Part shown: in pieces, positions 40,638 to 50,482 of the stretch | Numbering within the stretch: position 1 is the first letter of the stretch | How the letters are laid out: each line of letters starts with the position of its first letter | Origin: Syntrophales bacterium | GTDB lineage: Bacteria > Desulfobacterota > Syntrophia > Syntrophales > UBA6807 | Assembly: GCA_040767195.1 (NCBI GenBank) | Contig: JAXGPA010000001.1 | Location: 480,001-544,000, forward strand | Direction of reading: 5' to 3' | Length of the DNA stretch: 64,000 nucleotides | Notes under the pieces: model-generated | The model's database searches: none | Told to the model about the DNA's origin: nothing | The model's input: only the letters and a program-made list of their open reading frames with translations | Made by a program: the position numbers and the translations under genes

Positions 40638-41459
40638 TCACAGGTATTCGGCAAAGTGGCCCTTGAGCCGTCGGAAAATCCAGCCGCCGATGAACAGGGC
40701 TGTCAGGGCGAAGAACAGGTAATAGAGAAAATCCACGGGAAGGATGCCCTCGTTCGTCAGGAGGGCCCTGCGGTACCCCTCGGTGATGAAGATGAAGGGA
40801 TTCAGCCTGAGAAGGTATTGATAGGATTCTGGAATGATGGAAGCGGGATAGATGATGGGGCACAGGTAAAACCACAGCTGAAGGACGAGGTTCACCACCT
40901 GTCCCACGTCCCGGATGAACACGTTGACGGAGCTGATGATCCAGCTGAGACCCAGGGCCAGGGAACTGAGGCACAGGAGATAAAAAGGTAGGGTGATGAC
41001 GGCCCAGCCGAGGGACGGCTGAAAGACCAGGAGCAGGGCGACCAGGACCCCGAGCCCGACGAGGTGGTTCGTCAGGGCGGCGCCGATGATGACGACGGGA
41101 AGAAGTTCCGACGGAAAAGGCGTTTTCGTGATGAGGTTCTTGTATTTCTCGATGATTCCCACGGAGCTTCTCAGGATCTCCATGAAGGTGAGCCACGGCA
41201 GGAGGGCGCAGAAAAGCCACAGGGCAAAAGGCGTCTCCCCGATCGTCCGCCCGAAAACGAGCGAAAAAACGAGGCTGTATATGGCCACAAGAAGGAGCGG
41301 ATTCAGGATGGACCACAGGATCCCCCCCACGGAACCCACGTAGCGGGCCTTGAAATCCCGCTGAACCATCATCCAGATCACCTGGTGATGCTTCGCCGCC
41401 CGGGAGAGAAACTTCCTGAAGGACGCCACCAATCCCAGCATGCCTTTAAATCCTTTCAC
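40638..41459 (-). CDS. wzm: Polysaccharide ABC exporter permease
   Basis: RDFKARY.GS..G.LW..LNPL, RD..Q, PIIYP, LNP; adjacent to wzt. Confidence 0.95.
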   Translation of the reverse strand: MKGFKGMLGLVASFRKFLSRAAKHHQVIWMMVQRDFKARYVGSVGGILWSILNPLLLVAIYSLVFSLVFGRTIGETPFALWLFCALLPWLTFMEILRSSVGIIEKYKNLITKTPFPSELLPVVIIGAALTNHLVGLGVLVALLLVFQPSLGWAVITLPFYLLCLSSLALGLSWIISSVNVFIRDVGQVVNLVLQLWFYLCPIIYPASIIPESYQYLLRLNPFIFITEGYRRALLTNEGILPVDFLYYLFFALTALFIGGWIFRRLKGHFAEYL

Positions 41460-41506
41460 CCGCGTCTTGAGGCCTTGTCTCTATTTGCCGACGGCGGCCG
41501 GGATAG

Positions 41507-42547
41507 TCAAGAGGAAAATCCCCTTCCGCCATGAAGCCACCCTTTGTTTTCCAGCACGGTCACGAGCCCCCCGGTGAACCGGCGGGCGTCCCGGAAATCC
41601 AGGTGGGAACCCTCGGGGCATTCGTAGGCGTTCAGGAGGGGTTCATCCATGAAATGGATGGTGTCCGCCCCCGTCAGGGCGGCGATGCGGTCCCAGTAAA
41701 CATTCCGGGGATAGAAGGTCTCGTCGATCGTCCAGTGTTCGCCGCTCGTGGGAAGGCGCAGGAAAATGACCCGGCCTCCCCGAAGGACGATTTTCCGCAC
41801 CCAGGGGGCCGTTTCCGCCGCGTCTCTCTCCCAGGCCGACGGCGGCGGCGGCGGATTCTCGGCGTAAATTTCCCGAATCCGCCCGGTCCGGTAATTCCGG
41901 AGCCTGGGGAGGTTGAGCCGCATGTAATCGGCCTCCCGGGACCGGTCCCGGAAAGTGAGGAGATACCGGTGATCGGGCAGTTTTCCCAGGACATCCAGGT
42001 TGTTGATCAGCCGGCGGATGTGGAGATAGGGATCGACGACGACGAACCGCTCCTGTACGGCCGTCTTGATCTTCCGGTTGATCCGGTTGTTCAGGGTGGA
42101 ACGCCTGTGAAAATAATCGACGAACTCCTGCTGGTCGTTCCAGTACTTCTTTTCGAAGCCCATGGCGGTGATGGCGCACAGGACGACGCCCCGGAACCGG
42201 TCGTCGTCGGCGAGGTCCCGGAGCACCGCCAGGGGGTGGCGGCCGTCAACGGCGAGCTGGATGACCTCGTAATCGGGAAGACGGTCTTTCAGGACCTTCA
42301 GGGAAACCCCGAGCTGAACCCGCGAGGCCCCGAGAATGACGAGTTTTTCCCGGCCCGGGGCGTCGACCCGGAGACGGTGGCAGGACCACAGCTCGGGATC
42401 GTCGGTCACCGAGGGGACATGGCGGTCCAGGCGCCAGAGGATCTCCATGCCCCCGAGGAGGAAGACCCCGAGAAGGAGACCCGCCAGGAGGGATCTCATA
42501 AAAAAGGCGCCCGGCGCCCGGTCAGAACTGGAAATAGATGAACGCAC
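41507..42547 (-). CDS. SGNH/DltD-AlgJ-like periplasmic O-acylation partner
   Basis: N-terminal TM, ILGASR and C.EGSHL catalytic-type motifs; GTG start overlaps the end of the MBOAT gene. Confidence 0.72.
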   Translation of the reverse strand: MRSSISSSDRAPGAFFMRSLLAGLLLGVFLLGGMEILWRLDRHVPSVTDDPELWSCHRLRVDAPGREKLVILGASRVQLGVSLKVLKDRLPDYEVIQLAVDGRHPLAVLRDLADDDRFRGVVLCAITAMGFEKKYWNDQQEFVDYFHRRSTLNNRINRKIKTAVQERFVVVDPYLHIRRLINNLDVLGKLPDHRYLLTFRDRSREADYMRLNLPRLRNYRTGRIREIYAENPPPPPSAWERDAAETAPWVRKIVLRGGRVIFLRLPTSGEHWTIDETFYPRNVYWDRIAALTGADTIHFMDEPLLNAYECPEGSHLDFRDARRFTGGLVTVLENKGWLHGGRGFSS

Positions 42548-43949
42548 GGTCTTCTCCCGAAAGGACGGCAATGCCGACGATCATGCCGGCGATGAGCAGG
42601 GACCGGAGCCACCCGGGCGTTTTTTCGGCCACCACCCGGAGGGACCGGTCCCGCAGGAACCAGTGGGCGGCCAGGAGCAGCGCCATGACCGTCCCCGTGA
42701 TCAAGAGATCGGCAAAGGGAAGAAAAATCGTCTTTTCCCCGCCACCGGGCAGGCCCGCCAGGGAACCCATGAGCATGAAGGCCTGATCGAAGGTCCGGCT
42801 TCGGAAAAAGACGAAGACGAAGCACCACAGGGCAAAGGTGAAGAGGGCGGCGGACAGGGTCACGGGCAGCCCGGTCTTCCAGGCCAGGGGCCGGGTCACC
42901 CTTTTCAGCACCCGCTCAACCACGATGAGAAGTCCGTGAATGCCCCCCCAGACGACGTAGGTCCAGGCGGCGCCGTGCCAGAGACCCCCGATGAGCATGG
43001 TCACGACGGTGTTGAACTGGGTCCGGGCCCACCCTTTCCGGCTTCCTCCCAGGGGGAAATAGACGTAATCCCGAAGCCACGATGAAAAGGAAATGTGCCA
43101 GCGCCTCCAGAAATCGGTGAAACCGGCGGCGGCATAGGGACAGTTGAAATTCTCCATGATGGCGAAACCGAAACACCGGGCAAGACCGAGGGCGCACAGG
43201 GAATAGCCCGCGAAATCGCAGTAGATCTGGCCCGAAAACGCGGCGCACCCGAACCAGGCGGAAAGGAAACCGGGAACGCCCTTTCCGTCGTAGACCGCCT
43301 CCGCCACGGGGGCCAGAAGCCCGTCGGCCAGGGCGATCTTCAGGAAAAGGCCGAGAAGCAGAAGGGAAAGCCCCCAGGCCACCTCATCCCTGGGGACGTC
43401 CGGCGGCCTTTCGCACTGGGGAAGGAAATCCCCCGCCCGGACGATGGGGCCCGCCACCAGCTGGGGGAAAAAGGACACGTAGAGGGCGTAATCGAGAAAG
43501 GAATGCCAGGGCTTCATCTTCCCCCTGTAAATGTCGATGGTGTAGGAAAGGGTCTGAAAGGTGTAAAAGGAAATCCCCACGGGGAGGATCACGTCCACCG
43601 GGGACGGGCTGAACTGAACGTTAAGGAATGACAGAAGCTGATTCAGGTTGTCGATGAGAAAACCGGCGTATTTGAAATAGCCGAGGAGTCCGAGGTTGAC
43701 GGCGAGGCTCGCCGCGAGAAACCCTCGCTTCTTCCCCGGCCGCCGGGCCGACGCGATGCGCCGGGCCAGGAACCAGTCGGCGACGGTGGAAATGGCCAGA
43801 AGGAGGACGAAGGGCGGGTTCCAGGCGGCATAGAAGAAATAACTCGCCCCGAGAAGCCAGACCTTCCTGGCGCGCCAGGGAAGGGGGAGCCGATAAACGA
43901 GGAAGACGACGACGAAAAAAAGAATGAAGGTGAAGGAGTTGAAGAGCAT
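42522..43949 (-). CDS. MBOAT O-acyltransferase (AlgI/DltB family)
   Basis: MLFNS, LPVGISFYTFQ, FPQLVAGPI, DFWRRWHIS, GLWHGA.W, C-terminal FIYFQF. Confidence 0.96.
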   Translation of the reverse strand: MLFNSFTFILFFVVVFLVYRLPLPWRARKVWLLGASYFFYAAWNPPFVLLLAISTVADWFLARRIASARRPGKKRGFLAASLAVNLGLLGYFKYAGFLIDNLNQLLSFLNVQFSPSPVDVILPVGISFYTFQTLSYTIDIYRGKMKPWHSFLDYALYVSFFPQLVAGPIVRAGDFLPQCERPPDVPRDEVAWGLSLLLLGLFLKIALADGLLAPVAEAVYDGKGVPGFLSAWFGCAAFSGQIYCDFAGYSLCALGLARCFGFAIMENFNCPYAAAGFTDFWRRWHISFSSWLRDYVYFPLGGSRKGWARTQFNTVVTMLIGGLWHGAAWTYVVWGGIHGLLIVVERVLKRVTRPLAWKTGLPVTLSAALFTFALWCFVFVFFRSRTFDQAFMLMGSLAGLPGGGEKTIFLPFADLLITGTVMALLLAAHWFLRDRSLRVVAEKTPGWLRSLLIAGMIVGIAVLSGEDRAFIYFQF

Positions 43950-44076
43950 GGGCGAGCGTCAGACTTCCGTCACGCCCGGCGGCGCGACATGAAACGGCCC
44001 CGGAGAGGCTTCCTGAATCCCTCTCCGGGGCCCGACATGTCACGACCCGGGCTTGGTCACAAAACCTCCGCGATGA

Positions 44077-44493
44077 TCAGGCGCCGGGGAGTTTCAGGGT
44101 GGGGGTGAGATCGACGCGCCAGGCGCCCTTCTCCCATACCCACGTGTCCTTCGCTGTCAGGTCGAAGACGAACGCCTTTACCCCGACCCTGTATTTTACG
44201 GCCACCTCCGCCTTGTCTTCCTTATCGAGAAGGGTCACTTTCTCGATCTCGAAATGTTCGATGTTCAGGTTCGCCGACTTGACGAATCTCACCCGGGACA
44301 CTTGTCTCTTGAATTCCTCTGTGGCCAGATCGTAAGCAGCCCCCCATTCACCGTTCATTTTGGCCGTCCAGAACGCCGTCACGTTCTTCATGAGATTCGC
44401 CTCCGTCTTGCCGTAACCCAAAAGGCCGGCACAGGAGACCAACAGAAGAAGGCCAACGGCGCAGCACAAAACCTTTACCGCTCCATTCATCAT
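44077..44493 (-). CDS. Hypothetical lipoprotein
   Basis: Lipobox LVSC; NTF2-like W.A....W..AY and W..E.G.W pattern; overlaps the stop of the upstream gene. Confidence 0.7.
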   Translation of the reverse strand: MMNGAVKVLCCAVGLLLLVSCAGLLGYGKTEANLMKNVTAFWTAKMNGEWGAAYDLATEEFKRQVSRVRFVKSANLNIEHFEIEKVTLLDKEDKAEVAVKYRVGVKAFVFDLTAKDTWVWEKGAWRVDLTPTLKLPGA

Positions 44494-45647
44494 TTCGTTT
44501 CCCCTTGATCTTTCTGCAGCATGAGCTCCCTGTGCTTTTCCGAGAGTTCTTTCCAGAGTTTCTTCGCCTCCTCGAACATTCGTTTATCCACGTCCGCGTC
44601 CCTTGTTTTCATTTCTTCGGTGAGCTTCTTGTAAATGTCGTCCGGCGCGGACCCGATCATCCCGGCGATCCGCGGATCGCCCGGCACGGACCGGTCCAGG
44701 GAAACGATCCCGTTCTCCCCCGGGACTAATTTCCCCGTCTCTCCCCGTATGAGGGTGGCATAGCCGAGGTCCTTTCCCATGTAGTTGGCCCGGTAAACGG
44801 GAACGCCGGACGGGGCGTCACCGGGAGCCCCCGCTTCTGCTCCACCACCGGAACCGCCGCAGTCGCCCGTTTTTTCCTCGAAGGCCGCTGATCCGCCCCC
44901 TTCCGAAAACGGGGAGGCGTCGTTTCCGCAGTAGATGACGAGATCCAACCCCTTCAGTCCGTCCACGACTTCAAGGGTTTCCTTCCTGCCGCAGCTCGAA
45001 AGGAGAACGACCCCGTCCGCTTTTTTCCGCACTTCCGGGATGAGGCTTTCGAGAACGCTCCGGGGGGATGAGACTTGAAAGTTTTTCCCCTCTTCTCCCG
45101 TCAAGGCGGCGATGTTCTCCTGAAGCCTGGGAGGCAGGACACCGATGAAGGCGATCCGGGACTTTCCGGCCTCCACGACGGTGTAAGGCACCCAGAAGGG
45201 ATTCAAAGCGCCGCTATATTCAAGATTCGCCGCCAGGAAGGGAAAAGACGCCTTTTCTCTCACATGATTAAGAAAATCAATGCCATGGGAGAATTCGTTT
45301 TCGCCCAGATTGAGCGCCCTCACGTTCATCGCCCCCAGGGTGGTGACGCCCAGTTCCGCAAGGACCTGAAGTTCCTTAAAAGAATATCGGCTCACGGGAA
45401 AGAGGTTCCCCGCGTCCACCAGGATGACGGGACCCTGTTTTTTTTCCAGTTCATCGATAACCCACTGTGTTCGGGCCAGACCGCCCGAATTATTTCCCCC
45501 TCACCCTCGGACAGGCGTCAGCCGCCCGAGGAGGTCTCCCGTGTAGACAACGGTGACCCTCGTTTCCTCTTCGGCTGAAAAAACAACGGCGGGAAACAAG
45601 GCAATCGCGCACAGAACGAGGGCGCAGGCCCACATCTTTCTCATCAT
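44490..45647 (-). CDS. UshA-like (5'-nucleotidase N-domain) exported putative selenoprotein, 385 aa, U49
   Basis: ORFs 45501..45710 and 44490..45419 are in frame: signal peptide-VVYTGDLLGRLTPVRG-TGA-GGNNSGGLAR...LVDAGN...LGENEF...PFLAAN; GGAGG SD before ATG 45647. Confidence 0.9.
45470..45489 (-). promoter_or_regulatory. SECIS hairpin after TGA 45501-45503
   Basis: Perfect 7-bp stem UUCGGGC[GGUCUG]GCCCGAA; GGUCUG at +19 to +24, the same offset as in the E. coli fdhF SECIS. Confidence 0.8.
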
Positions 45648-45716
45648 ATGGCTCCTCCATATACGTTTTTCCAGGGGGGTCTTTACGAACCGCCCGAAAT
45701 GCAATTCCATAACCGA

Positions 45717-48176
45717 TTATTCGGTGAGACCGTCGCCCATGAGGCGCGTTCCGTCCCCCGTGGCGATGAGGTAAAGGCCGCACAGGGGCGTGTCTCCCGA
45801 CGAGATCCTGACATAACGGGCCTCCCCGGCCAGGGCCGCTCCGAAAAGATTTTTCAGGGTTCCGGCGATGCGCTCCCGGGGATTCAGCCGGCCCGTCCAC
45901 GCGCCCAGGGGGGCGCCCCCGGCGTCGTGAAGGGTCATGGTCACGTCCGTTGCGCCGTCGGAGGGATTCAGGACGGCCACCCCCGTTCCCCAGGGACCCA
46001 GGCTCGCCACGTGGGGCAGGTGAAGGACAGGCCCCGTCGCGGGCGCCCGAAGGGGAACCCCCGCCAGCTGGCCTCCCGTATTCGTACTGAAGAGAACGCA
46101 CCCCGTCAGCGGCTCGCCTTCCCGGGAGGTCACTTCCAGGGAGGCGATCTCACCGGGTAAGACGCCGGGAAAGATATCCGGAACGTCCCGGACGAGATTC
46201 TGGCCCGGCTTCAGGAGGCAGCCCGCCTCGCCGAGGAGCCAGCCGTCGGCCCGGTAAGCCCGGAAGACCGCCCGGGTGTCCCCGGCGCCGCTGTTCATGA
46301 CGAGGAGTTTTGTCCGCCAGTAAGCGTTGCAAGCCACCTGGGGGGCAAAAAGACGGGTCCCCGCCCCCTCCCGTCCCAGGGGGACGAGGGCCGTGTCGCC
46401 CGTCGATGACGACTCGTATGAGAGCTTCATGTATCCCAAAAGGGACGGCCGGCCGCTCGTCGTCGCGGCGGTCATGGTGTTCCCTCGAACGGGAGAATTG
46501 GGAAGGACCCAGAGATCTTTCGTATTCGATTCAAGTTTCTGACCCGGCCCGAGGGTGACCGTGTCGGTCCGCAGCGGATGGCCCTCGGAATCGAAGGACC
46601 GCCGTTCCACCTCCTCCGTCTCGTCGCCCGTGTTGATGAGCCCGTAAAAGGTTTTCCACCCGCCCGATCTCGCTGAATAGGGAAAGGAGACCTGTTCGAC
46701 CGCCCCGGTTTGGGAAAGGAGATTGGCGCCGTAGAGAACGCTTTTCCCCTCCGATAAGGCGTTCAGTCCTCTCAGGGTCTCGTCGCTGTCCACCCGGACA
46801 TACCCGCCTCTCGTTGAACCGAGTCCGAAATCGGCCAGAGTCCCCCTGACCTGGGAATCGAGGCCGTTGAACTCGTGAGCCTCTTCAATCCGCCCGGCCG
46901 GATCGATGGTGGCCAGGATGACCCGGCCCAGGGACCCGTCGGGATTGAGAACGGCCATCCCGTTCCCCAGGCTTCCGCCGGGGTCGTCCGGAAAATAGGC
47001 CGTGTTTCCCAGGCGCACGCTGAGGTAGAGATCGTAGACCGGTTCGTAGTAGGTCGTGTCGGAATAATAATCGGGCCTGACGGGAAGAACCTCGAAATAG
47101 TAGTGACCGGCTGCGTACGCCGTCAGCTCCAGGACGTCCTGATGAAGCAGCGTTCCGAGACGCTGCCGGTCGGGATCGGGACCGTAGACCTGGACGATAA
47201 CCTGCCCTTCCCTGGGGGGCGTGCCCTCACCGTTCACCCGTTCCGCCGTGATCCGGTCCCCCGGACCGAGAAATACCTTGAAAAAGTCGGCATTGCAGGA
47301 CATGAGCCTCAGGTGGCCTCCCGGGACGGCCGCGGCCGTCTCGAAGGTGTCGTTCTCCTCGTAGCGGTCATCGTAGGTGTAAACGATGTCCCGGACCCGC
47401 GCGTAGTCGATGCCGGGGTTGAGGCAGTCCCGGACGGGATCGTAGGATGAAACCCCGGCGCTTCCCCTTTCCCAGCCGCTTCCGGTGATCCGGCTTCCCT
47501 CGAGGGTGAAGTAATAATAAAACGTTTTCGCCGCTATTTTCGATCCCACGTAGTCCGGGGAGACTTCGTCGGAAACATAGTAGACTTTCGTCGTGTAATG
47601 CCGGGTGCCGCCCTCTTCCGTGTAACCGGTCTCGTACTTGTAGACGGGGTAATTCCAGACCTCATCGTCGGTGCCGAGATCCATGATGAAGGGGAGACCC
47701 CGCTCTCTGATGTATTCCTCCAGAATGGCATGGAATTCTTCCGGTGTTTCCGTTCGCAGGCGGATGCTTTTCGTGTAGGCGTTGTCGTTCGCCACGGTGA
47801 GAAGGGCCTTCTTGTCGCCCACGTAAAAAATCGTTTCCCCGTAAAATCCGCCGTTTACCGGTTCTTCCTCGAGGATGGCCGCCGCCGCCCAGCAATAGCA
47901 CATTCCCTCCCAGTACTTGGCGAAAGGATTCCGGTAATACCTCATCCCGTAAGCCGTCGCTTCTCCCCCGTACGTTCCGGAGGTGACGAAATCATATTTC
48001 TCCAGCGGCGACGGATGGCCCCGGTAGGCAGCTCCCGTGACAAGCCCCCCCTGCCTGAAAGGCCACCAGTACCCGGACCAGGGCACGTAATCGGCCTCGT
48101 ACGTGTCCGCCGCGGCGGACAGGGGAAAGGCAAGAAGAAGGGCCAGAAGGACCGCCGCGATCGATTTCCCGCTCAT
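45717..48176 (-). CDS. Exported protein: transglutaminase-elicitor-like N-domain, PPC-like domain, four-repeat surface module
   Basis: Signal peptide from ATG 48176; PWSGYWWP, SPLEKYD, WEGMCYCWAAAA, VWNYPV motifs; DDRYEENDT. Confidence 0.7.
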   Translation of the reverse strand: MSGKSIAAVLLALLLAFPLSAAADTYEADYVPWSGYWWPFRQGGLVTGAAYRGHPSPLEKYDFVTSGTYGGEATAYGMRYYRNPFAKYWEGMCYCWAAAAILEEEPVNGGFYGETIFYVGDKKALLTVANDNAYTKSIRLRTETPEEFHAILEEYIRERGLPFIMDLGTDDEVWNYPVYKYETGYTEEGGTRHYTTKVYYVSDEVSPDYVGSKIAAKTFYYYFTLEGSRITGSGWERGSAGVSSYDPVRDCLNPGIDYARVRDIVYTYDDRYEENDTFETAAAVPGGHLRLMSCNADFFKVFLGPGDRITAERVNGEGTPPREGQVIVQVYGPDPDRQRLGTLLHQDVLELTAYAAGHYYFEVLPVRPDYYSDTTYYEPVYDLYLSVRLGNTAYFPDDPGGSLGNGMAVLNPDGSLGRVILATIDPAGRIEEAHEFNGLDSQVRGTLADFGLGSTRGGYVRVDSDETLRGLNALSEGKSVLYGANLLSQTGAVEQVSFPYSARSGGWKTFYGLINTGDETEEVERRSFDSEGHPLRTDTVTLGPGQKLESNTKDLWVLPNSPVRGNTMTAATTSGRPSLLGYMKLSYESSSTGDTALVPLGREGAGTRLFAPQVACNAYWRTKLLVMNSGAGDTRAVFRAYRADGWLLGEAGCLLKPGQNLVRDVPDIFPGVLPGEIASLEVTSREGEPLTGCVLFSTNTGGQLAGVPLRAPATGPVLHLPHVASLGPWGTGVAVLNPSDGATDVTMTLHDAGGAPLGAWTGRLNPRERIAGTLKNLFGAALAGEARYVRISSGDTPLCGLYLIATGDGTRLMGDGLTE

Positions 48177-48880
48177 TCCGTCACCATCCCGTATTCCATG
48201 TCGGCGTTTCTCCCGAAAAGACAAAAGGGCCGCCCCTCTTCCCAGTACTGGGTGAAGATCTCCCGGCCGCCCTCGCCGGTGACCCGGATTTCGATGAGCT
48301 TACGGTCCCGGAGTAACGGCGGAACCCCGTCGGGGTTCGTCACTTCCCGGACTTCCTGGGCCAGGAGGACTTCCCGGTAGAGCCCGCCGCCCGCGGCAAT
48401 CTCCCGCCGGTACGTCCGTACCGAGGGCACCTGGGCGGGAAAGGCGGGGAAATCGAAGGGGACGAGGGATTTTTCGGCGACAGCGGGCGTCCCATCGGGG
48501 TATTCCAGGGTGAAGGTCACCGCCTTTCCCCGCCGGCTCTGGGTGAGGTCGGCCCGGACCAGGGACCGGGAACCGCTGAATTCCAGGCGGGCCGCCTGGT
48601 CCAGGCGCCCGCCGGCGTCCCGCACCTCCACCGCCGTGCCGCCCGGCACGGCGGCTTCCCGTGACGGGAGGGGGAGGAAACGCCAGGTAACCGGTTCGGA
48701 CCATTTCTCCCGATCCAGGGCCGAGCGGTAGACGGCCCGTACGAGCCAGGCCTGTCCCTCGCCGGGAATCACGGGCTGAAAGACCGCATCCGCCGCGGCC
48801 AGGAGTCCCGGCGCGAGGGCCAGGATCACCGCCAGCCCGGCGGCTGTCGCTTTTCTCTTGAATGACGCAAACCGTCCCAC
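48173..48880 (-). CDS. Exported hypothetical protein
   Basis: Signal-peptide-like N-terminus; ATGA overlap with the next gene indicates coupling. Confidence 0.65.
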   Translation of the reverse strand: MGRFASFKRKATAAGLAVILALAPGLLAAADAVFQPVIPGEGQAWLVRAVYRSALDREKWSEPVTWRFLPLPSREAAVPGGTAVEVRDAGGRLDQAARLEFSGSRSLVRADLTQSRRGKAVTFTLEYPDGTPAVAEKSLVPFDFPAFPAQVPSVRTYRREIAAGGGLYREVLLAQEVREVTNPDGVPPLLRDRKLIEIRVTGEGGREIFTQYWEEGRPFCLFGRNADMEYGMVTE

Positions 48881-48899
48881 CTTCCAAGTCCTCCCGCTT

Positions 48900-48931
48900 A
48901 AAAAATTTGGGCGGGATTTCTCCCGCCCAAA
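48900..48931 (-). terminator. Rho-independent terminator
   Basis: TTTGGGCGGGA-GAAA-TCCCGCCCAAA hairpin followed by a T-run on the minus strand, about 35 nt after stop 48966. Confidence 0.88.
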
Positions 48932-48965
48932 TGGTGATGCATTTTCAATACCAGGCTGCTTGTTC

Positions 48966-50306
48966 TTAGAAGCCCGCGTTCATCAACGGAGACAGCATGT
49001 CGTAGAGCCAGGACTTCATGGCCCACTCGACGGCATAGCCGCAGGGCCGCGCCATGGTGCTTCCACCGAAACCGCCCAGGAGCACGAACTCATAGCCGTC
49101 GGCCGGGAAGTTGGTCTCGATTTTCATCATCATGGGACCGGATGCGAGGCTCCCCATGCCCAGAGCGTCGAAGGTGTCTTCGTCCAGAACCCACGTCACG
49201 ATGGACTTGTCGAAGTCGGTGAGCTTCTTGGAGAGGGTGTTACCGTACTGATCGGTGAACGTCACCGTCACTTCCATGTCGGCAATGGAAACGCCGCCCA
49301 GGTTCGTCAGGGCGATTCCCGTAGCCCAGTTGTCGTCCTTCCCGATGACATAGGGGAAGTAGATGCAGCCGCCCATGAGCGTGTCGTCGCAGCACATGAT
49401 GCCGATTTCGATTTCGCACGCACACACGTCATCACAGGTGGGGCAAACGCCGCCCTTGCCGGTGACGAGTTCCGCGAGGACCTTCACGGTCTGCCCGGGA
49501 ACGATTTCCGACTTGACATACCACATGGCCGGCACGTTGAAGAGCCAGTAGTTGGTGCCTTACATTATTCCTTGGCATCGGCTGATCACGTAGCCGTTGT
49601 CCGTAGCCGTGCAGATCCGTGGCCGTGCAGATCTGCTTGACTCTCGCCGCCTCGGTGGTCGTGGGTTCGCAGACATCCTTGAGGTCCTGAACTCCCCTTT
49701 CGTGAGCAGCTTGTCGCAGGTGACGGCGGATCCCGTGGAACCGGGGGTCGTGAGATAGAGAAGAAGATCGCCACAGTTGAAGTACTGGGGGTTCTTCATG
49801 TAACGGGGATACTCATCGGAGCAGGCCAGTTTCAGATCGGTGAAGGTCTTCACGAAGATCTCGTCGCCCATGAAATACACGCCGTTCCCCTGGGTGATGG
49901 TGAACCGGAAGCCGACCGTGTTGCCATCCTCGAGAAAATCTTCAGGATCTTCGCACTCGCAGACGTCGAAAATCAGGCGGCAGTTCCGTCCAAGGATGCC
50001 GGACATCGCTGATCCATCACCGTTTGTTTTATAATGCGAGGGAAGATCGATACCCAGTTTCGAGAGATCGGCGTTGCCCAGGCAGGCCCAGCCCACCAGG
50101 TCGTGCTCATTCGGATATTCACCGATCATATCCCAGTCGAAATAGGTGCAGCACGGGTCCCCCTGTCCGAGGGTTATGCCGCAGTTGATGTTCCAGAGGG
50201 GACACTTGCAGTTCAAGCAAGCAGCCGACTCATCCGCCGCGGCCGCCGTCATGGCGAAGCCCATGACGAGCGCCATAGCCATCAGAGTAATCAATACTTT
50301 TTTCAT
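48966..50306 (-). pseudogene. Cysteine-rich putative major surface (S-layer-like) protein; frame broken at about 49560-49700 (possibly an assembly error)
   Basis: Signal peptide MKKVLITLMAMALVMGFAMTAAAA; many Cys pairs; C-part in another frame ends with CIYFPYV....WATGIALTN. Own promoter, GGAGG SD and terminator. Confidence 0.7.
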
Positions 50307-50431
50307 TATCTCCTCCATAGAAATTTTTCTGTCTTAAACGTACCCATCTACTTTTTTACAAAGCCTTTTTTCCCTGTCTCACACCCCTCCTTTCTTTTTT
50401 TCTTTCCTTGTCCAGCCCTTACTTTCAGGAA

Positions 50432-50461
50432 AATATAATCGAAAGACTTTCCCGTTGTCAA
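50432..50461 (-). promoter_or_regulatory. Near-consensus sigma70 promoter of the putative surface-layer gene
   Basis: TTGACA (50456-50461), 18 nt, TATATT (50432-50437), then a purine-rich leader of about 120 nt. Confidence 0.65.
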
Positions 50462-50482
50462 GGGCTTTTCTCGCTCTCATGC

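Noticed and set aside
49560..49700. Programmed frameshifting or Sec recoding in the surface-layer-like gene
   Set aside because: The upstream ORF ends at TAA and several separate frame changes are needed, with no clear slippery site; this fits indels or an assembly artefact better.
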